IMG/VR virus record: IMGVR_UViG_3300025881_000006
Span: 15,324 to 79,323 of that record
Origin: a virus
DNA length: 64,000 nt
Strand: one strand, 5' to 3'
The notes beneath the pieces were generated by a model, which ran no database searches, was not told the DNA's origin, and was given only the letters and a program-made list of their open reading frames with translations. A program made the position numbers and the translations under genes. The stretch's first letter is position 1. Each line of letters opens with the position of its first letter. This document shows positions 9,800 to 20,767 of the stretch, in pieces.

Positions 9800-10527
9800 T
9801 GGCCAATCAGAGAATATGGGTAGAGATAGATGCACTGTTAGACACGCGCATTGGTACGCTATCTGTAATGGCTGAGCAGAGTATTGAGAGTATTCTTAAG
9901 GGAGACTATTATACGAGAGAGACTGACCAGTTCAGTCTCTTATCTAATATGGTAGACGACGAAGTGTATGTTAATACGTACACTAACCGTAATAAGGACA
10001 CTCTTAAGTCTTCCTATCTGACACACATGGTATTCTTTTTAAAGGAGTTTATCAGTAGGGTCAATGAAGGGATAATCAGCGCTCCTATGGCAGATAGGGT
10101 AGTGATGGATGTTAACGTTCACCCATACTCTTTCAGTAATGAGGAGCGGGAGTTACTGGATAAAGCGTTGTGTGCGCATGTAGGTATTATTGAGATTAAT
10201 ATAGTTTCAGTACACCCAATGCATCAAGTGCCCAACTACTTTAAAGGTACCTATCAGGCTGTGTTTATGTATAACTATTTGGCGTGGTTTAACCTGCACC
10301 ATAATAACTTACTTAAACATCCTATTCCTGATGTGGCTATGTACATACCTAAGCTAATGGATTACGGTGAAGCGGTAGAGATTAATCGAGAAAAGCTAAA
10401 GGCGCATAAAGAAGCTACTCACCTGTCAAAGACCATTAAGGCCTTCGACGCGGCGAGTATTGCATTGACTGGTTATGTCAACCTTCAGTTTTTAGATGTA
10501 GAAACGTTTAGTTTATTAAAACCATAA
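9799..10527 (+). CDS. Conserved phiKZ-like hypothetical protein (gp147-like)
   Basis: TAATG coupling with the upstream gene. IDALLDTRIGT and VNVHPY motifs recalled from phiKZ-like core genes. Confidence 0.7.
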   Translation: MANQRIWVEIDALLDTRIGTLSVMAEQSIESILKGDYYTRETDQFSLLSNMVDDEVYVNTYTNRNKDTLKSSYLTHMVFFLKEFISRVNEGIISAPMADRVVMDVNVHPYSFSNEERELLDKALCAHVGIIEINIVSVHPMHQVPNYFKGTYQAVFMYNYLAWFNLHHNNLLKHPIPDVAMYIPKLMDYGEAVEINREKLKAHKEATHLSKTIKAFDAASIALTGYVNLQFLDVETFSLLKP

Positions 10528-10529
10528 CG

Positions 10530-10961
10530 TTACTCGTCTTCTTCTACCATACCACCTTCTTCCATGAACTGCTCATGTGTTAACTGTGACAAACCAATGT
10601 CTAGTTCACCTTCAGCGACTTCACCTACATCAACTGTTCCTTCTGGTAAAGAAGTAAGTTCGTGTTGTACGGTAGAGTTTGTTCTTAGGAATGGGTTAGT
10701 GGATGCACCACCTTTAAGTATAGCAGCAGTCATTAATGCAACTGCATTATCTTCTGCACCTTGCTTCTTATCTTGGTCCATTCGCTTCATAGCAAGTGCT
10801 GTGGTATCTGCACCGTTAGCTAATTCTAACAAGACACGTCTGTCCCTATTACAAGTAGGAGGACCTGCTTGAGTCATGTCATCTAACATTGCCATACGCA
10901 TACGCTGGGTCTTGGCAAGTACCTCATCTTCTGAGGGATTAATAAGTAGTTGAGTAGTCAT
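10530..10961 (-). CDS. Hypothetical protein
   Basis: 143-aa ORF with GAGG SD on -, acidic C-terminus. Confidence 0.7.
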   Translation of the reverse strand: MTTQLLINPSEDEVLAKTQRMRMAMLDDMTQAGPPTCNRDRRVLLELANGADTTALAMKRMDQDKKQGAEDNAVALMTAAILKGGASTNPFLRTNSTVQHELTSLPEGTVDVGEVAEGELDIGLSQLTHEQFMEEGGMVEEDE

Positions 10962-10984
10962 ACAGATTACCTCATCCTTCGAAA

Positions 10985-11001
10985 TTACTGACCTACATTA
11001 C
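10985..11001 (+). promoter_or_regulatory. Putative early promoter
   Basis: ttactgacctacattac. Confidence 0.6.
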
Positions 11002-11050
11002 CTACGTAGTGTCGCGTGATAAATAAACCCCTTACTACAAGGAGTCGTGA

Positions 11051-11584
11051 ATGTTTAAAAGTCCAACTTGGCAAAGCATTGCCCTATGGTTTAGAATGCA
11101 CGCATTCGGACATCGTTTTAAAACACATACCAGTAAGCTGGATGCAAAGTTATTGGGTGGGATTAGTGACACCTATACGACCAATGACTTAAAGTTTTAC
11201 ACGAGCAAAGTCGGTGAAAGTATTAGCGTGACAATGTGGCATGTCAACGCAGAGCGGTTTATCTCGTTCATACAGATACTACACGATCATATATTAAAAG
11301 AGGATAACATCCCTCAGGAGTTGTTAATAAAAGAAAGGGAAAGGGTAACATTAAGTTTGGATAATTGGCTAGTTGATGACGAGAATTACGACATTGACAT
11401 CCAAGCTTTTTGGGAAACATTACTGGCGAGTACTTATGATATTTACGAGAAAATGGAAGAGTTAGAGTTATCTGACCCGGCGAAGTATGCCTACTATACT
11501 CGTAGAATGATGGTGCTGTTTCAAGATATATCGACAATTATGGGAGGGCTCAGACGAGTCGTACTACTGGACTATGGCAAATAA
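11051..11584 (+). CDS. Hypothetical protein
   Basis: 177-aa ORF with AAGGAG SD. Confidence 0.75.
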   Translation: MFKSPTWQSIALWFRMHAFGHRFKTHTSKLDAKLLGGISDTYTTNDLKFYTSKVGESISVTMWHVNAERFISFIQILHDHILKEDNIPQELLIKERERVTLSLDNWLVDDENYDIDIQAFWETLLASTYDIYEKMEELELSDPAKYAYYTRRMMVLFQDISTIMGGLRRVVLLDYGK

Positions 11585-11990
11585 TAACGAAGAAGATAAA
11601 ATAAGTGTCAATACCATACTGACAGATTCGTTTCGAAGTATTGTAAAAGCACGAGGACCTCTGTCTAGATTGTATCGTATAATCTTAGCAGACCTAAAAA
11701 TTGGCCCCATGGTTTGGGATAGATTAATGGAGCGTTACTTAGACGACCCTAATAATCATATTCCTAAAAGTGGGAAACAACGTTCTACCGAACGAGGTAA
11801 TCTTTCAAAACAATTAACCTCTGACCCAATGAGTATCAAAGGGTTTCTAAAGGGGATGAAGTTCCTAGGCGCTACCCGTCTTAAATTTACCGTAGAAATA
11901 ACACGACGTAAAGAAACTAGTATTCATAGCGTTGAGTTAGAAATGGCCTCATCTGATGTACAAGAAACAATAGATGAAGCTGACGATTGA
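11574..11990 (+). CDS. Conserved phiKZ-like hypothetical protein
   Basis: 138-aa ORF with LSRLYRIIL...WDRLM..YL..P.N...RGNL, recalled as a conserved jumbo-phage family. Confidence 0.7.
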   Translation: MANNNEEDKISVNTILTDSFRSIVKARGPLSRLYRIILADLKIGPMVWDRLMERYLDDPNNHIPKSGKQRSTERGNLSKQLTSDPMSIKGFLKGMKFLGATRLKFTVEITRRKETSIHSVELEMASSDVQETIDEADD

Positions 11991-12055
11991 CATAGATGAT
12001 ATGTAGGGCCGTGTGGTCCTACGTATTCTTTTTTTGCCTTAATGAGGATGAATAG

Positions 12056-13006
12056 ATGTCCAGCTTATTTAACTCTGCACAGAAACAACTACCTAAGATA
12101 GTGGATTTATTCTCCCCTCCAGAAAAGGATAGTACGTTACCTGCATTAGCAGCTTCTAGTAGTATATTAAGAAGTGCTCCTAATCCACCTAGCAGTACCT
12201 TAGATAAGATAAGTAAATCTACTAAGGCGATACCTGATACCAAAGTTACCAGCTCTTCATTATCAGATGCTACAGGTAAAGCTATATCGGTTGCAGGTAT
12301 TAAACCAGAAGCCTTAACCAATATTAAAAGTATCCTAGAACAATCTAGTAGTATTGGCGTTGAGAAGGTTACGCTACCTGATGGTACTATAATACAAAAA
12401 GCTAAAGATACACAGCTAGGTGAAGCTGCACAATTACAATCTGTTATGACTGCATTACATGGTCAGTGTGAAGTCTTACATATACGTGATGTAAACTCAG
12501 CAGGTGCATTAAACGATAGTATTATCGACAGTGCAATGGGCTTAGGACTTTCTGGCCTATTGGACTGCTTAGCAGGTGTTGCAGATTTAAACTTTAACCC
12601 TAATAGGGCAATCGCTGCTTTAGGCAGTGTAATTGATAAGGGTGATAGTAGTACAGTTAAGTCTTTAGGAGGTATGGTAGGTGCCGGTAATATTACTGCT
12701 AAGTATCCGGATATATCCAAGCGACTTTTAAAAGGTTATAGTAGTCCTAAGGGTTTATCTAATAATGAAAAGGTTGCTGCTGCTGGAGAGTTGATTAGTA
12801 ACCTAAACGTTATTGACCCTACGTGGAGAGGTACTGGTACACAGACTAGTCTCAAGTCGTACGAGAATATTAGTCCTGATGCTAAAGACGTATTGGCCAC
12901 TCATCCAGATACTGCATTAGATATGCAATTGATTGATGTTTATCGTAAAGATAATGTTAGTAACTTAACTAGTAGTTTCTATCCTTTATCTAGAGCAAAC
13001 GCATAA
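12056..13006 (+). CDS. Putative virion/tail structural protein (possibly phiKZ gp139-like)
   Basis: 316-aa ORF with GAGG SD. Function is inferred from synteny only. Confidence 0.5.
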   Translation: MSSLFNSAQKQLPKIVDLFSPPEKDSTLPALAASSSILRSAPNPPSSTLDKISKSTKAIPDTKVTSSSLSDATGKAISVAGIKPEALTNIKSILEQSSSIGVEKVTLPDGTIIQKAKDTQLGEAAQLQSVMTALHGQCEVLHIRDVNSAGALNDSIIDSAMGLGLSGLLDCLAGVADLNFNPNRAIAALGSVIDKGDSSTVKSLGGMVGAGNITAKYPDISKRLLKGYSSPKGLSNNEKVAAAGELISNLNVIDPTWRGTGTQTSLKSYENISPDAKDVLATHPDTALDMQLIDVYRKDNVSNLTSSFYPLSRANA

Positions 13007-13041
13007 ATAGAGACTGGGTAATCCCCAGTCTCTTATGCCGT
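12999..13041. terminator. Bidirectional hairpin flanked by ACGCATA and TATGCCGT
   Basis: Same stem-loop as at 733-759 (agagactgggtaatccccagtctct), between convergent genes. Confidence 0.8.
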
Positions 13042-13042
13042 A

Positions 13043-14911
13043 TTAACTTCGACCCGTACTTCTATAAGCGGCTGATAATACCCTACCTGGTAAACTAGCA
13101 GCAGCTTGCTGTGCGTAGAATGCAGGGGACGTGTACTTCTCAAACTCCTGTGCAGCTGTTACCCAATTACGTTTTAACTTTTGAATAGGGTAAAACTGTT
13201 CAGCTAATCCTAAAGAACCTAATACTGCCATATAGTCAGTAAAGGCTGAATCATCATCAAAGATGCCCGTACTAGTAGATAAAGGCATGTGCATCACACT
13301 AGATAAATCTTTAACAGAGAACGTTACGTCAATGCCCAGTGGTAATGTATCTACTGACCAACCTATATTTCCCGCGCCACGAGTAATACTAATTGAATCA
13401 ATAATCCCCAATCTAGTTTGGTTTCTACCTTTAGAGAATAACTCTAAGATAAACGGTGAGGTATAAGATTGCTTACCTGCCGACCTTGGTAGTGCCCCTG
13501 CCAATAACATAGCAAGTGGAACGTACAGGTTAGTAAATATACTCATCTTATTACCATACGGTGCCCGTAGCTCTAAGGTATAACTTGCACTAGGTAAGTC
13601 AGCTGTAGACGACTGCCAATGTTCAGGTATATCTACAAATGCAGAACCACCCAAAGCAGCAATACCACTTAGACCTACTCCATCTGCAACACCTGCAACT
13701 ACATCTTTAGCTCCACCGATTAATCCCTCTATAGCACTAGCAACAATACCTTCACCTAGATTACCATCTAATGTTGAGAATCTAGCAGAGGCAGCAGAGG
13801 ATGACATTCCATTTATCTTACTTTGAATATCACTCTCACCGGTGCTGTTATTAAACGATTCACTCACAGTACGTTCAGGTAGTACTTTCAAAGTTATCCA
13901 CTGACTACCGTCTGATAACTCACTAGATAAGTGGTCGAAGAATCCTGATTCCCAAGCACCGATAGGGTCATTCTTCTCTTTATCCCCGTCTGCACCAGTA
14001 GCCATAGTGGTAGCATGATATCTAGTCATGTACTCTTTTATAGTAGGCTTAGGGTCAGTGAAGTCAATATTATCTTCCGATAAAGAACGAGCAGCTTCTT
14101 TAAACGCTTCAGGTGTTGTAGCGTTGGATAGGGCATTTTGTTGTAACACCATCTGCCTACTACGAATCCGTTGGGCACGGTTAGCAACTGCATAAATATC
14201 GATCCCACCATCAGAGCGAAAGATGTCAGGTAATAATTTGTTATATGCCTCTATGTCAGTAGCTGTTAAAGACTCATCGTAATTTGGCACAGCCTTACCG
14301 TCTTTAACACTATAGCCCTGTATGTCAGAGGCGGCTATTAGACCCATGTTTACAGCGATAGTATTTACCATCGTGTTAACAGCATTCCAATATAACGGCA
14401 TAGTGGGTTTCAAGTAATAGTATTTACTATACGGCTTCTCTAATAAAAACCTTAATGCTCTACCTGCAACTACAAAAGGAATCAATGGAGCAGTAAAGAT
14501 AAATCCCGCTACCAATCCGATGTTGTAAAGTATACCAGTAGATTCACCAGTACGTGCTAACCTTCCTGAATCGGGGTCATAAAAGTTAGTAAAGAATTGT
14601 GTTAACGAGTTGTACTCTGGCACACCGAATCGCATATGTACTTCCACTGCGTTATCATCGATGGCTTCTGAATAATATCTACCCATTCCCTTAGATAGAG
14701 AATGTGGTGAGTTCACTTTTAAATCTGCATGACGTGTGAACTGAGGTGAAGAGTTTATGGCGTAATTACCTCCTAATGTAGTATCCGTGTATTTAGTTGA
14801 GGCAGTGGTATAGTTACGACGTCTGTCATCTACAGAATCGATATCACTTGCTCTTAACATAAATGCTTGACGCAACCACAAGGTATTGTCTAAATTGTCA
14901 GTAACGGCCAT
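13043..14911 (-). CDS. Tail tip / baseplate hub protein (phiKZ gp182-like)
   Basis: Likely start is ATG 14911 with AGGAG SD. Motifs DTTLGGN, GMGRYYSEAIDDN and MRFGVP. Directly downstream of the tape measure gene. Confidence 0.75.
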   Translation of the reverse strand: MAVTDNLDNTLWLRQAFMLRASDIDSVDDRRRNYTTASTKYTDTTLGGNYAINSSPQFTRHADLKVNSPHSLSKGMGRYYSEAIDDNAVEVHMRFGVPEYNSLTQFFTNFYDPDSGRLARTGESTGILYNIGLVAGFIFTAPLIPFVVAGRALRFLLEKPYSKYYYLKPTMPLYWNAVNTMVNTIAVNMGLIAASDIQGYSVKDGKAVPNYDESLTATDIEAYNKLLPDIFRSDGGIDIYAVANRAQRIRSRQMVLQQNALSNATTPEAFKEAARSLSEDNIDFTDPKPTIKEYMTRYHATTMATGADGDKEKNDPIGAWESGFFDHLSSELSDGSQWITLKVLPERTVSESFNNSTGESDIQSKINGMSSSAASARFSTLDGNLGEGIVASAIEGLIGGAKDVVAGVADGVGLSGIAALGGSAFVDIPEHWQSSTADLPSASYTLELRAPYGNKMSIFTNLYVPLAMLLAGALPRSAGKQSYTSPFILELFSKGRNQTRLGIIDSISITRGAGNIGWSVDTLPLGIDVTFSVKDLSSVMHMPLSTSTGIFDDDSAFTDYMAVLGSLGLAEQFYPIQKLKRNWVTAAQEFEKYTSPAFYAQQAAASLPGRVLSAAYRSTGRS

Positions 14912-14974
14912 GGTTACACTCCTAAGTTTGTCGGTACACAAAATAAGGCTGGGAGCGTTAGCCCCCAGCACGTA

Positions 14975-17900
14975 TTATGCACGTTTCTTCATATCAACCA
15001 CGGGACTGGCCGGAGCCTTTCCTTGGTTAGAGGTACGTTTAAGTTGCTGTCTAAACCCTTCTAACTTGGCAGTAACTGCCTTAGGCTTTTCTTGCTCCTT
15101 TGTCGTACTCATTGACTTTAATGCATCTTCAGCTAACAGACCACGGATATCTTTCAATGTGCTATCCATAGACCTTTGTGTACCTAGACTTTCCCTAAGT
15201 ATGGCATTAACCTCCTTGAGTTGTTCATTAGATACACTATCCATATATTGTTGCTGTTGAGTAATTAAAGCAGCGCTCTCTACATTACGACGACGTGTCT
15301 CATCAATTGCTTTATCCGTACTAGCTATCGGGTCTACCGAGGTAGGTAATGATGCTTGGTACTTCTGTTTCAATCTAAAGTTTGCATCGTCTATAGAGAA
15401 GTCAGCGGGCTTACGTACTATAGATTCCTTATCAGGATTGTAAGCTTCACGCGTTACCATATCAACTACATTACTAGCAGTACCAGCTGTAGCCAACCCT
15501 GCCAACATCAACTTACGCTTGTCTCCAATACGAGCATCGTTACTAGCATACTTATCGTACTGTGAAACACCCGTAGGAGGTGGAGTGGTTGGTAACTTAG
15601 GTTTAGCTTTCATGGTAGATACAGCACTTGCTGCACCGGTAGCTGTGACTATTGCTTTAGCAGTTCCTTTGGGTTTATCACTATCCTTAGCATCAACAGC
15701 ACCTACCGCCTGATTCAACGCTGACATTACCGATTCAGAGTTTACATTCTCCCCTAGGAATGGAGATACGTTACCGATAGCTTTACTACTTTTCAGTAAT
15801 TCAACTGCCTTTTGTACGTACTTCTGTTTTAGAGGGTCATCCAACTCATCATCAACATCTGTTAAATCAGCATCTTCATCTGCTTTACGCAATAAGGTTG
15901 CATGGGTTAATAGGGTTGGTTTAAATACAGTTTCATACCAACGAATGAAGTTCTCCATTGAAGCACGGTCATTAGGGTTAACTTGGAAGTTTTCCCCATG
16001 CTCCTCAATGATATCGTTTAAGTCTATCCTTGATAACGATGCTTTACCGTCATTGTCAAAGTTCACTTCATCCATCATGTCAGATTCTAAACGTCTTACT
16101 GCACGTAAATGGTCTGACGATTCTGTATTTATACCGTACTGGGAAAAGCGTACTTTCTCTAGCGGTTCAGTGTCTCCACCGTCTGCTAAATACTTCGCAC
16201 CTTTATACCCGTAATAAGCCGCAGTGGCTGCAAGTCCTACTGGACCTAAAGCTGCACGACCTAACATTAAGGCACCTTTCCCTAAGGTAGCTAGTAGACC
16301 ACCGCCTCCTAATGAAGCTAATAATCCACCACCTGCGGTAGCCGCCCCGGCAGTAGCAGTAGTTGCACCAGCCGCTGCTGCGGTAGCACCACCCATACCT
16401 AACATACCAGCTGCACCTAATTTCAATGCAGTACCAGCACCCTTCACCTTATCAATCCCTGCTCCAATTAAGTTCTTAGCACCAGAGAATAGTCGACCAA
16501 ACTTACCTCTAGGTCGTGAGGCCCTTGCTGCTTTCTTAGCAGCTCTCTTAGCTTTACGTTCTTCCTTGTTACCCAATCGGTCTTGGATTGCATCAGCGCC
16601 CAACTCACCTGCTACTTCAGAACCCATATCGCCTAGTAGACTACCATCATCCCCTTCTGAATCTCCAGAAGAGAAAGGATTCCATCCACTTACTTTCTTA
16701 CCAAAGGCCCCTAACAGACCAGTGACAGAACCAATAAGTGCAGAACCAGGACCTGATATAGCTGCCATCGCTCCTTGTTTGGTAGCTTCAGCTTTCTCTT
16801 TAGCTTTTTGACGTAGGTCTTGGAAACTACCATCCCTTACTCCATCCCCATCGGTATCGGCTTTGGTCTTTTCAACCTTAGCCATCCTGTCATCAATCAA
16901 TGTAACAAGTTTATCAATACCATCTGATACCTTAGCTTGTCCTTGAGCTGATACGTCTTTTAAATTAGTAATACTGTCTGTGAATAAAATAGACGTTCGT
17001 TTATGAGCATCTGTAATCTTATCTACTGCTGTATCTTTAAAAGCGGGCATTGAGTCTTGGGTACGCTGTTTAAACATGGATAGTTTTTCAACACCCATAT
17101 CTACCGCACCGATTGCCTTATCTTTAACCTCAGGTAATCTATCCTTGACGCGGTCAGAGAGCTGGTCGAACTTATCAGTAGCCCTCTTAGCAATAACTTT
17201 AGTTTCATCAACCTTAGTCGTTACAAAGTCAGAGTCCATAACATCCTTTAGACTGTTAGGTAATGCTTTAAACTTTTCAGTTGTAAAACCACCTACTGGA
17301 GGAACTATCGGACTATCAGGGCCACCGGTATCAGAGGAACTAGAATCATCCCCAAATTGATAAGGGCCGAATATCTTAGCAAGGTCTGCATTGATGATAA
17401 CTTCTTTAGCATACTTGGCTTTACCAAATTTACCATCGACACTATCACCTCCAAAAGAAGGCATTACACCTTGGAGTAAACCTGTTAGTCTACCGAAGAT
17501 ACTTTTAACTTCATTACCTTCTTCATCCGTACCACCTACCAATAGATTCTTATAACCTACCGCAAGCTTCTTCCCTAAGTTTAATCCTTTTCCCAGTACG
17601 CTTTTACCAAAGCCTAATACGTTATCTAGTATCGATTTAAACTCCAACTTACGACCAAAGACATCTACTAAGCCTTTCTTCATATCCGCAAGACTAAGGA
17701 CTACTTCACCCTTAGAGTTTAATACATCACCGTCGATATCATCAAACGAGGAAATCACCTTACCTGTTTTAGCAGAGATGTATTCGCCACGTTCCATCAA
17801 TATCTTAAGTAGACGAGGACCTGCTTCACCACGAACGTACACGTCTTTTAGTTTACTGCCTCTATCGGTGATAAAGTCAATACCTTTACTTGCAACGTTC

Positions 17901-20767
17901 TTGGCAAACTTCAACCCTCCACCAATACCTCCGTAGTATGCTTGAAGGAATTTTAAAGGAGCAGACATCAGTCCCTTTAATCCATTAAGTACAACAGACT
18001 CACCTTTGGCACCACGTAGTCCTTTCAATGCATCTTCAGCACTTAACACTATTTGACCAGTATCAATATCCTTTACTGCACCTTTGATATCATCGAGAGA
18101 TTTAATTACTTCACCCGTGACAGCGTCTACGTACTTACCCGCTTTTAACTTAGCCCCATAAAGACTAGGTAGTTGTAATCCTTTAACATACAGGTCACCA
18201 GTGATGTCCTTAGCTTTACCCTTGAGCATGTCAAAAGCACCACCGGCTACATTCTTAGCAGTTTTAAGAGCACCTCCTCCCATGGAGAATACACCTTTAT
18301 AGTAACTACCTAATGCACCCAGACCACCTTTAGCAATACCCTTAGCACGACCAAAAGACTTACCTAGAATGCCCGGTCCTTTATTAGCACTTACACCAGA
18401 ACCATCACCCATTGCCATACCAGACGCTATACCTAGTAGTAACGCTTTAATTTCAGATAGCGTTTCATCACTACTACCTGAACGTTGCTGTATTTCTTCT
18501 AGATACGGAATGTATGCTTCTGGTATAGACTCCATGGTTTCTTCGTCGACATCACGATTAGCCCACGTGTCTAGTCTAGCTATCATGCTAGTGGTTAGGT
18601 TATTACCTAACTCTAACGTGGTGTAGATAGATTGCAATATACTATCTGGTAATTCTGCATCTGTTGATTTAGAGATAGTGTTAGCAATGTTAGTAATACT
18701 ACGCTGTAACTTCTCAGGAGGTAATGAGTCGTCAACGGTCACATTTACCATTGGTTCTGTGGTATCAGATTTAATATCCTTACCCGCTATGACACTTTCC
18801 AAGTCTTGTGAAATAGTATCCCAGATGAAATCAGAATTAACCTCATCACGGATTCCATCTTTACCCTTACGGATAATGCCTGCCTCACGTAACTGGTCTT
18901 TGTTAGCAGTAGCTACAAAACTATTAAGCGTATTCTGTACGTTTGGTAAGTCACCGGCCAATCGCTTAACAGCCGTATTATCTTCTACCACACGTTTAGA
19001 TATATCAGACCCTTTACCCACTTTACCACTTTCATCTATCTGGTAACGATTAGTAATGAGCTTTCTAATCTCATCTATCTCGTTACTGTCATCCACTTCA
19101 GTGTAAGTAGAATAATCGGCATAACGCTCAGGAAAGAACCCTCTGCCATCGTTAAGGTCTTTTAGTATTTGCACACCAAACGACTTACGGGCTTCAGGAG
19201 ATAACTGTCCTTCACTATCTAATCTATCCAATACATCCTTTGTTCTAACTGCAAGTCCTTCTCTAGACGATTCAGGTCTAACCGCTTCACGAACATCATT
19301 CGCTACTTTACCCATACGTTCAAACGATTCTGATTGAGTAGAGAAAGTTAATCTATCCGTAGTAGCATCACCGGTATTGTTAATCTCTAGTTGCTGTAAC
19401 ATTCTAGACAGATAACCTGGAATGATTTCAACAATAGAACGGCGAGTCATGAGATCAAACGGAACGGCTAATAATGCATCTTCTTGTAGATTTTGCAATA
19501 CAGAACCTTCATCCTCACGGACAGTACCTACTAGGTCACGTAACGTATCGGTAAACCTACCCAACATTCCATAGTCGTCAGAACGTCCTTTACCAAACTC
19601 GTTGATAATTTCATTTTTGTTATTCAGTGCAAATTGCAGTTTGTTATTTAGGTCTTTAACGCGTTCGTTATCACCTAACATCTTCCCGCCCACTTTAGAT
19701 ACCTTAGCACCTAATCGTGAAGCAATGTTACCACCAACAAATCCACCGATGCGCTGGCCAGTGGTTTTCTTCTCACCGGTCATCTCTTCCATTTCAGCCA
19801 TCATATTGACAGCGTCTATTGCACCTGCACCTTGGGATAAACCTTCAGAGAAGTTACCTGCTACTTCTTTTGCCTTGTTCTTAATATTGTCAATGACTCT
19901 ACCCTGAACACCGGCCATCTTACCTTGTATAAAGTCAGCGCCTTTGCCAGCTAATCTATTTCTCATCTCTTGAGTATAACTTTCAGATAAGAGTATCTTA
20001 GCTTCGTCCGGTAGTGCAGTATTCTTAGCAACGGCTTGTAACTGACTGACTAAATCAACAAAACCTGCCTTTGAAACATCCAGTAAATCCCTAGCAGTAA
20101 TGTACTGACGCTGATTGATCATCAACATTCGCTGCTGATACTGTGAGGTAATACTATCTTGATAGGATACTAAACGACCAATACCCTGTTGTAATAACTG
20201 GGCCTGTTGCATGGTGGATGTATGGCGGGCTTGTTCTTTACCAGACTCAATAGTATCTTGAAGTAGTGTACGGCCAGTTTGACTATCTTGATATTCTGCT
20301 TGGGCCTGCATAAACCCTTGCATGGAAAGGGCGACTTCAGATTCCTGCATCTGTTCTCTAGTAGGACCACGGTCTACTTCAGTTACCTTTAATTTCTCTT
20401 CTAATTTATCAGCAAGAGATTCCGGTAAGAATCTACGCATTCTTGGTAATTGAGTACGTGCTGCATTTTTAAATTCATTTAAACCGGGACGGATTGCATC
20501 CTTAACGTCATCTACTGTGGAAGATATCTCACGGCTTAACGTATCGGCGGCATCGAGTGTACCTTTATATCCCTTTGGTAAGGAATCTTTAAGTACGTTG
20601 CCTATAAATCCTGTGTCAGTAACTCTTTCTTTAAAACCCTCCAATGCGGAGGTCGTAACAACGGAGACTGCTTTACGATCTTCTTTAGGGCGAGTAACTC
20701 CCGCCTCAAGACCGTCAAAGTCATATCCACCGTCATCTAAATCGTCGAAATTGATATCATCAGACAT
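14975..20767 (-). CDS. Tail tape measure protein (phiKZ gp181-like)
   Basis: 1930 aa, helical and Gly/Ala-rich. Motifs KNTALPD and RSIVEIIPGYLSR, two DxYVxG...TG.VI.S.DDI.G repeats. Divergent from RNAP beta'-N. Confidence 0.85.
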   Translation of the reverse strand: MSDDINFDDLDDGGYDFDGLEAGVTRPKEDRKAVSVVTTSALEGFKERVTDTGFIGNVLKDSLPKGYKGTLDAADTLSREISSTVDDVKDAIRPGLNEFKNAARTQLPRMRRFLPESLADKLEEKLKVTEVDRGPTREQMQESEVALSMQGFMQAQAEYQDSQTGRTLLQDTIESGKEQARHTSTMQQAQLLQQGIGRLVSYQDSITSQYQQRMLMINQRQYITARDLLDVSKAGFVDLVSQLQAVAKNTALPDEAKILLSESYTQEMRNRLAGKGADFIQGKMAGVQGRVIDNIKNKAKEVAGNFSEGLSQGAGAIDAVNMMAEMEEMTGEKKTTGQRIGGFVGGNIASRLGAKVSKVGGKMLGDNERVKDLNNKLQFALNNKNEIINEFGKGRSDDYGMLGRFTDTLRDLVGTVREDEGSVLQNLQEDALLAVPFDLMTRRSIVEIIPGYLSRMLQQLEINNTGDATTDRLTFSTQSESFERMGKVANDVREAVRPESSREGLAVRTKDVLDRLDSEGQLSPEARKSFGVQILKDLNDGRGFFPERYADYSTYTEVDDSNEIDEIRKLITNRYQIDESGKVGKGSDISKRVVEDNTAVKRLAGDLPNVQNTLNSFVATANKDQLREAGIIRKGKDGIRDEVNSDFIWDTISQDLESVIAGKDIKSDTTEPMVNVTVDDSLPPEKLQRSITNIANTISKSTDAELPDSILQSIYTTLELGNNLTTSMIARLDTWANRDVDEETMESIPEAYIPYLEEIQQRSGSSDETLSEIKALLLGIASGMAMGDGSGVSANKGPGILGKSFGRAKGIAKGGLGALGSYYKGVFSMGGGALKTAKNVAGGAFDMLKGKAKDITGDLYVKGLQLPSLYGAKLKAGKYVDAVTGEVIKSLDDIKGAVKDIDTGQIVLSAEDALKGLRGAKGESVVLNGLKGLMSAPLKFLQAYYGGIGGGLKFAKNVASKGIDFITDRGSKLKDVYVRGEAGPRLLKILMERGEYISAKTGKVISSFDDIDGDVLNSKGEVVLSLADMKKGLVDVFGRKLEFKSILDNVLGFGKSVLGKGLNLGKKLAVGYKNLLVGGTDEEGNEVKSIFGRLTGLLQGVMPSFGGDSVDGKFGKAKYAKEVIINADLAKIFGPYQFGDDSSSSDTGGPDSPIVPPVGGFTTEKFKALPNSLKDVMDSDFVTTKVDETKVIAKRATDKFDQLSDRVKDRLPEVKDKAIGAVDMGVEKLSMFKQRTQDSMPAFKDTAVDKITDAHKRTSILFTDSITNLKDVSAQGQAKVSDGIDKLVTLIDDRMAKVEKTKADTDGDGVRDGSFQDLRQKAKEKAEATKQGAMAAISGPGSALIGSVTGLLGAFGKKVSGWNPFSSGDSEGDDGSLLGDMGSEVAGELGADAIQDRLGNKEERKAKRAAKKAARASRPRGKFGRLFSGAKNLIGAGIDKVKGAGTALKLGAAGMLGMGGATAAAAGATTATAGAATAGGGLLASLGGGGLLATLGKGALMLGRAALGPVGLAATAAYYGYKGAKYLADGGDTEPLEKVRFSQYGINTESSDHLRAVRRLESDMMDEVNFDNDGKASLSRIDLNDIIEEHGENFQVNPNDRASMENFIRWYETVFKPTLLTHATLLRKADEDADLTDVDDELDDPLKQKYVQKAVELLKSSKAIGNVSPFLGENVNSESVMSALNQAVGAVDAKDSDKPKGTAKAIVTATGAASAVSTMKAKPKLPTTPPPTGVSQYDKYASNDARIGDKRKLMLAGLATAGTASNVVDMVTREAYNPDKESIVRKPADFSIDDANFRLKQKYQASLPTSVDPIASTDKAIDETRRRNVESAALITQQQQYMDSVSNEQLKEVNAILRESLGTQRSMDSTLKDIRGLLAEDALKSMSTTKEQEKPKAVTAKLEGFRQQLKRTSNQGKAPASPVVDMKKRA

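Noticed and set aside
16830-16862. DTDGDGVRD (DxDxDG Ca-binding-like) motif in the tape measure protein
   Set aside because: A single short motif, recalled as typical of gp181-like proteins, so not evidence of a novel function.
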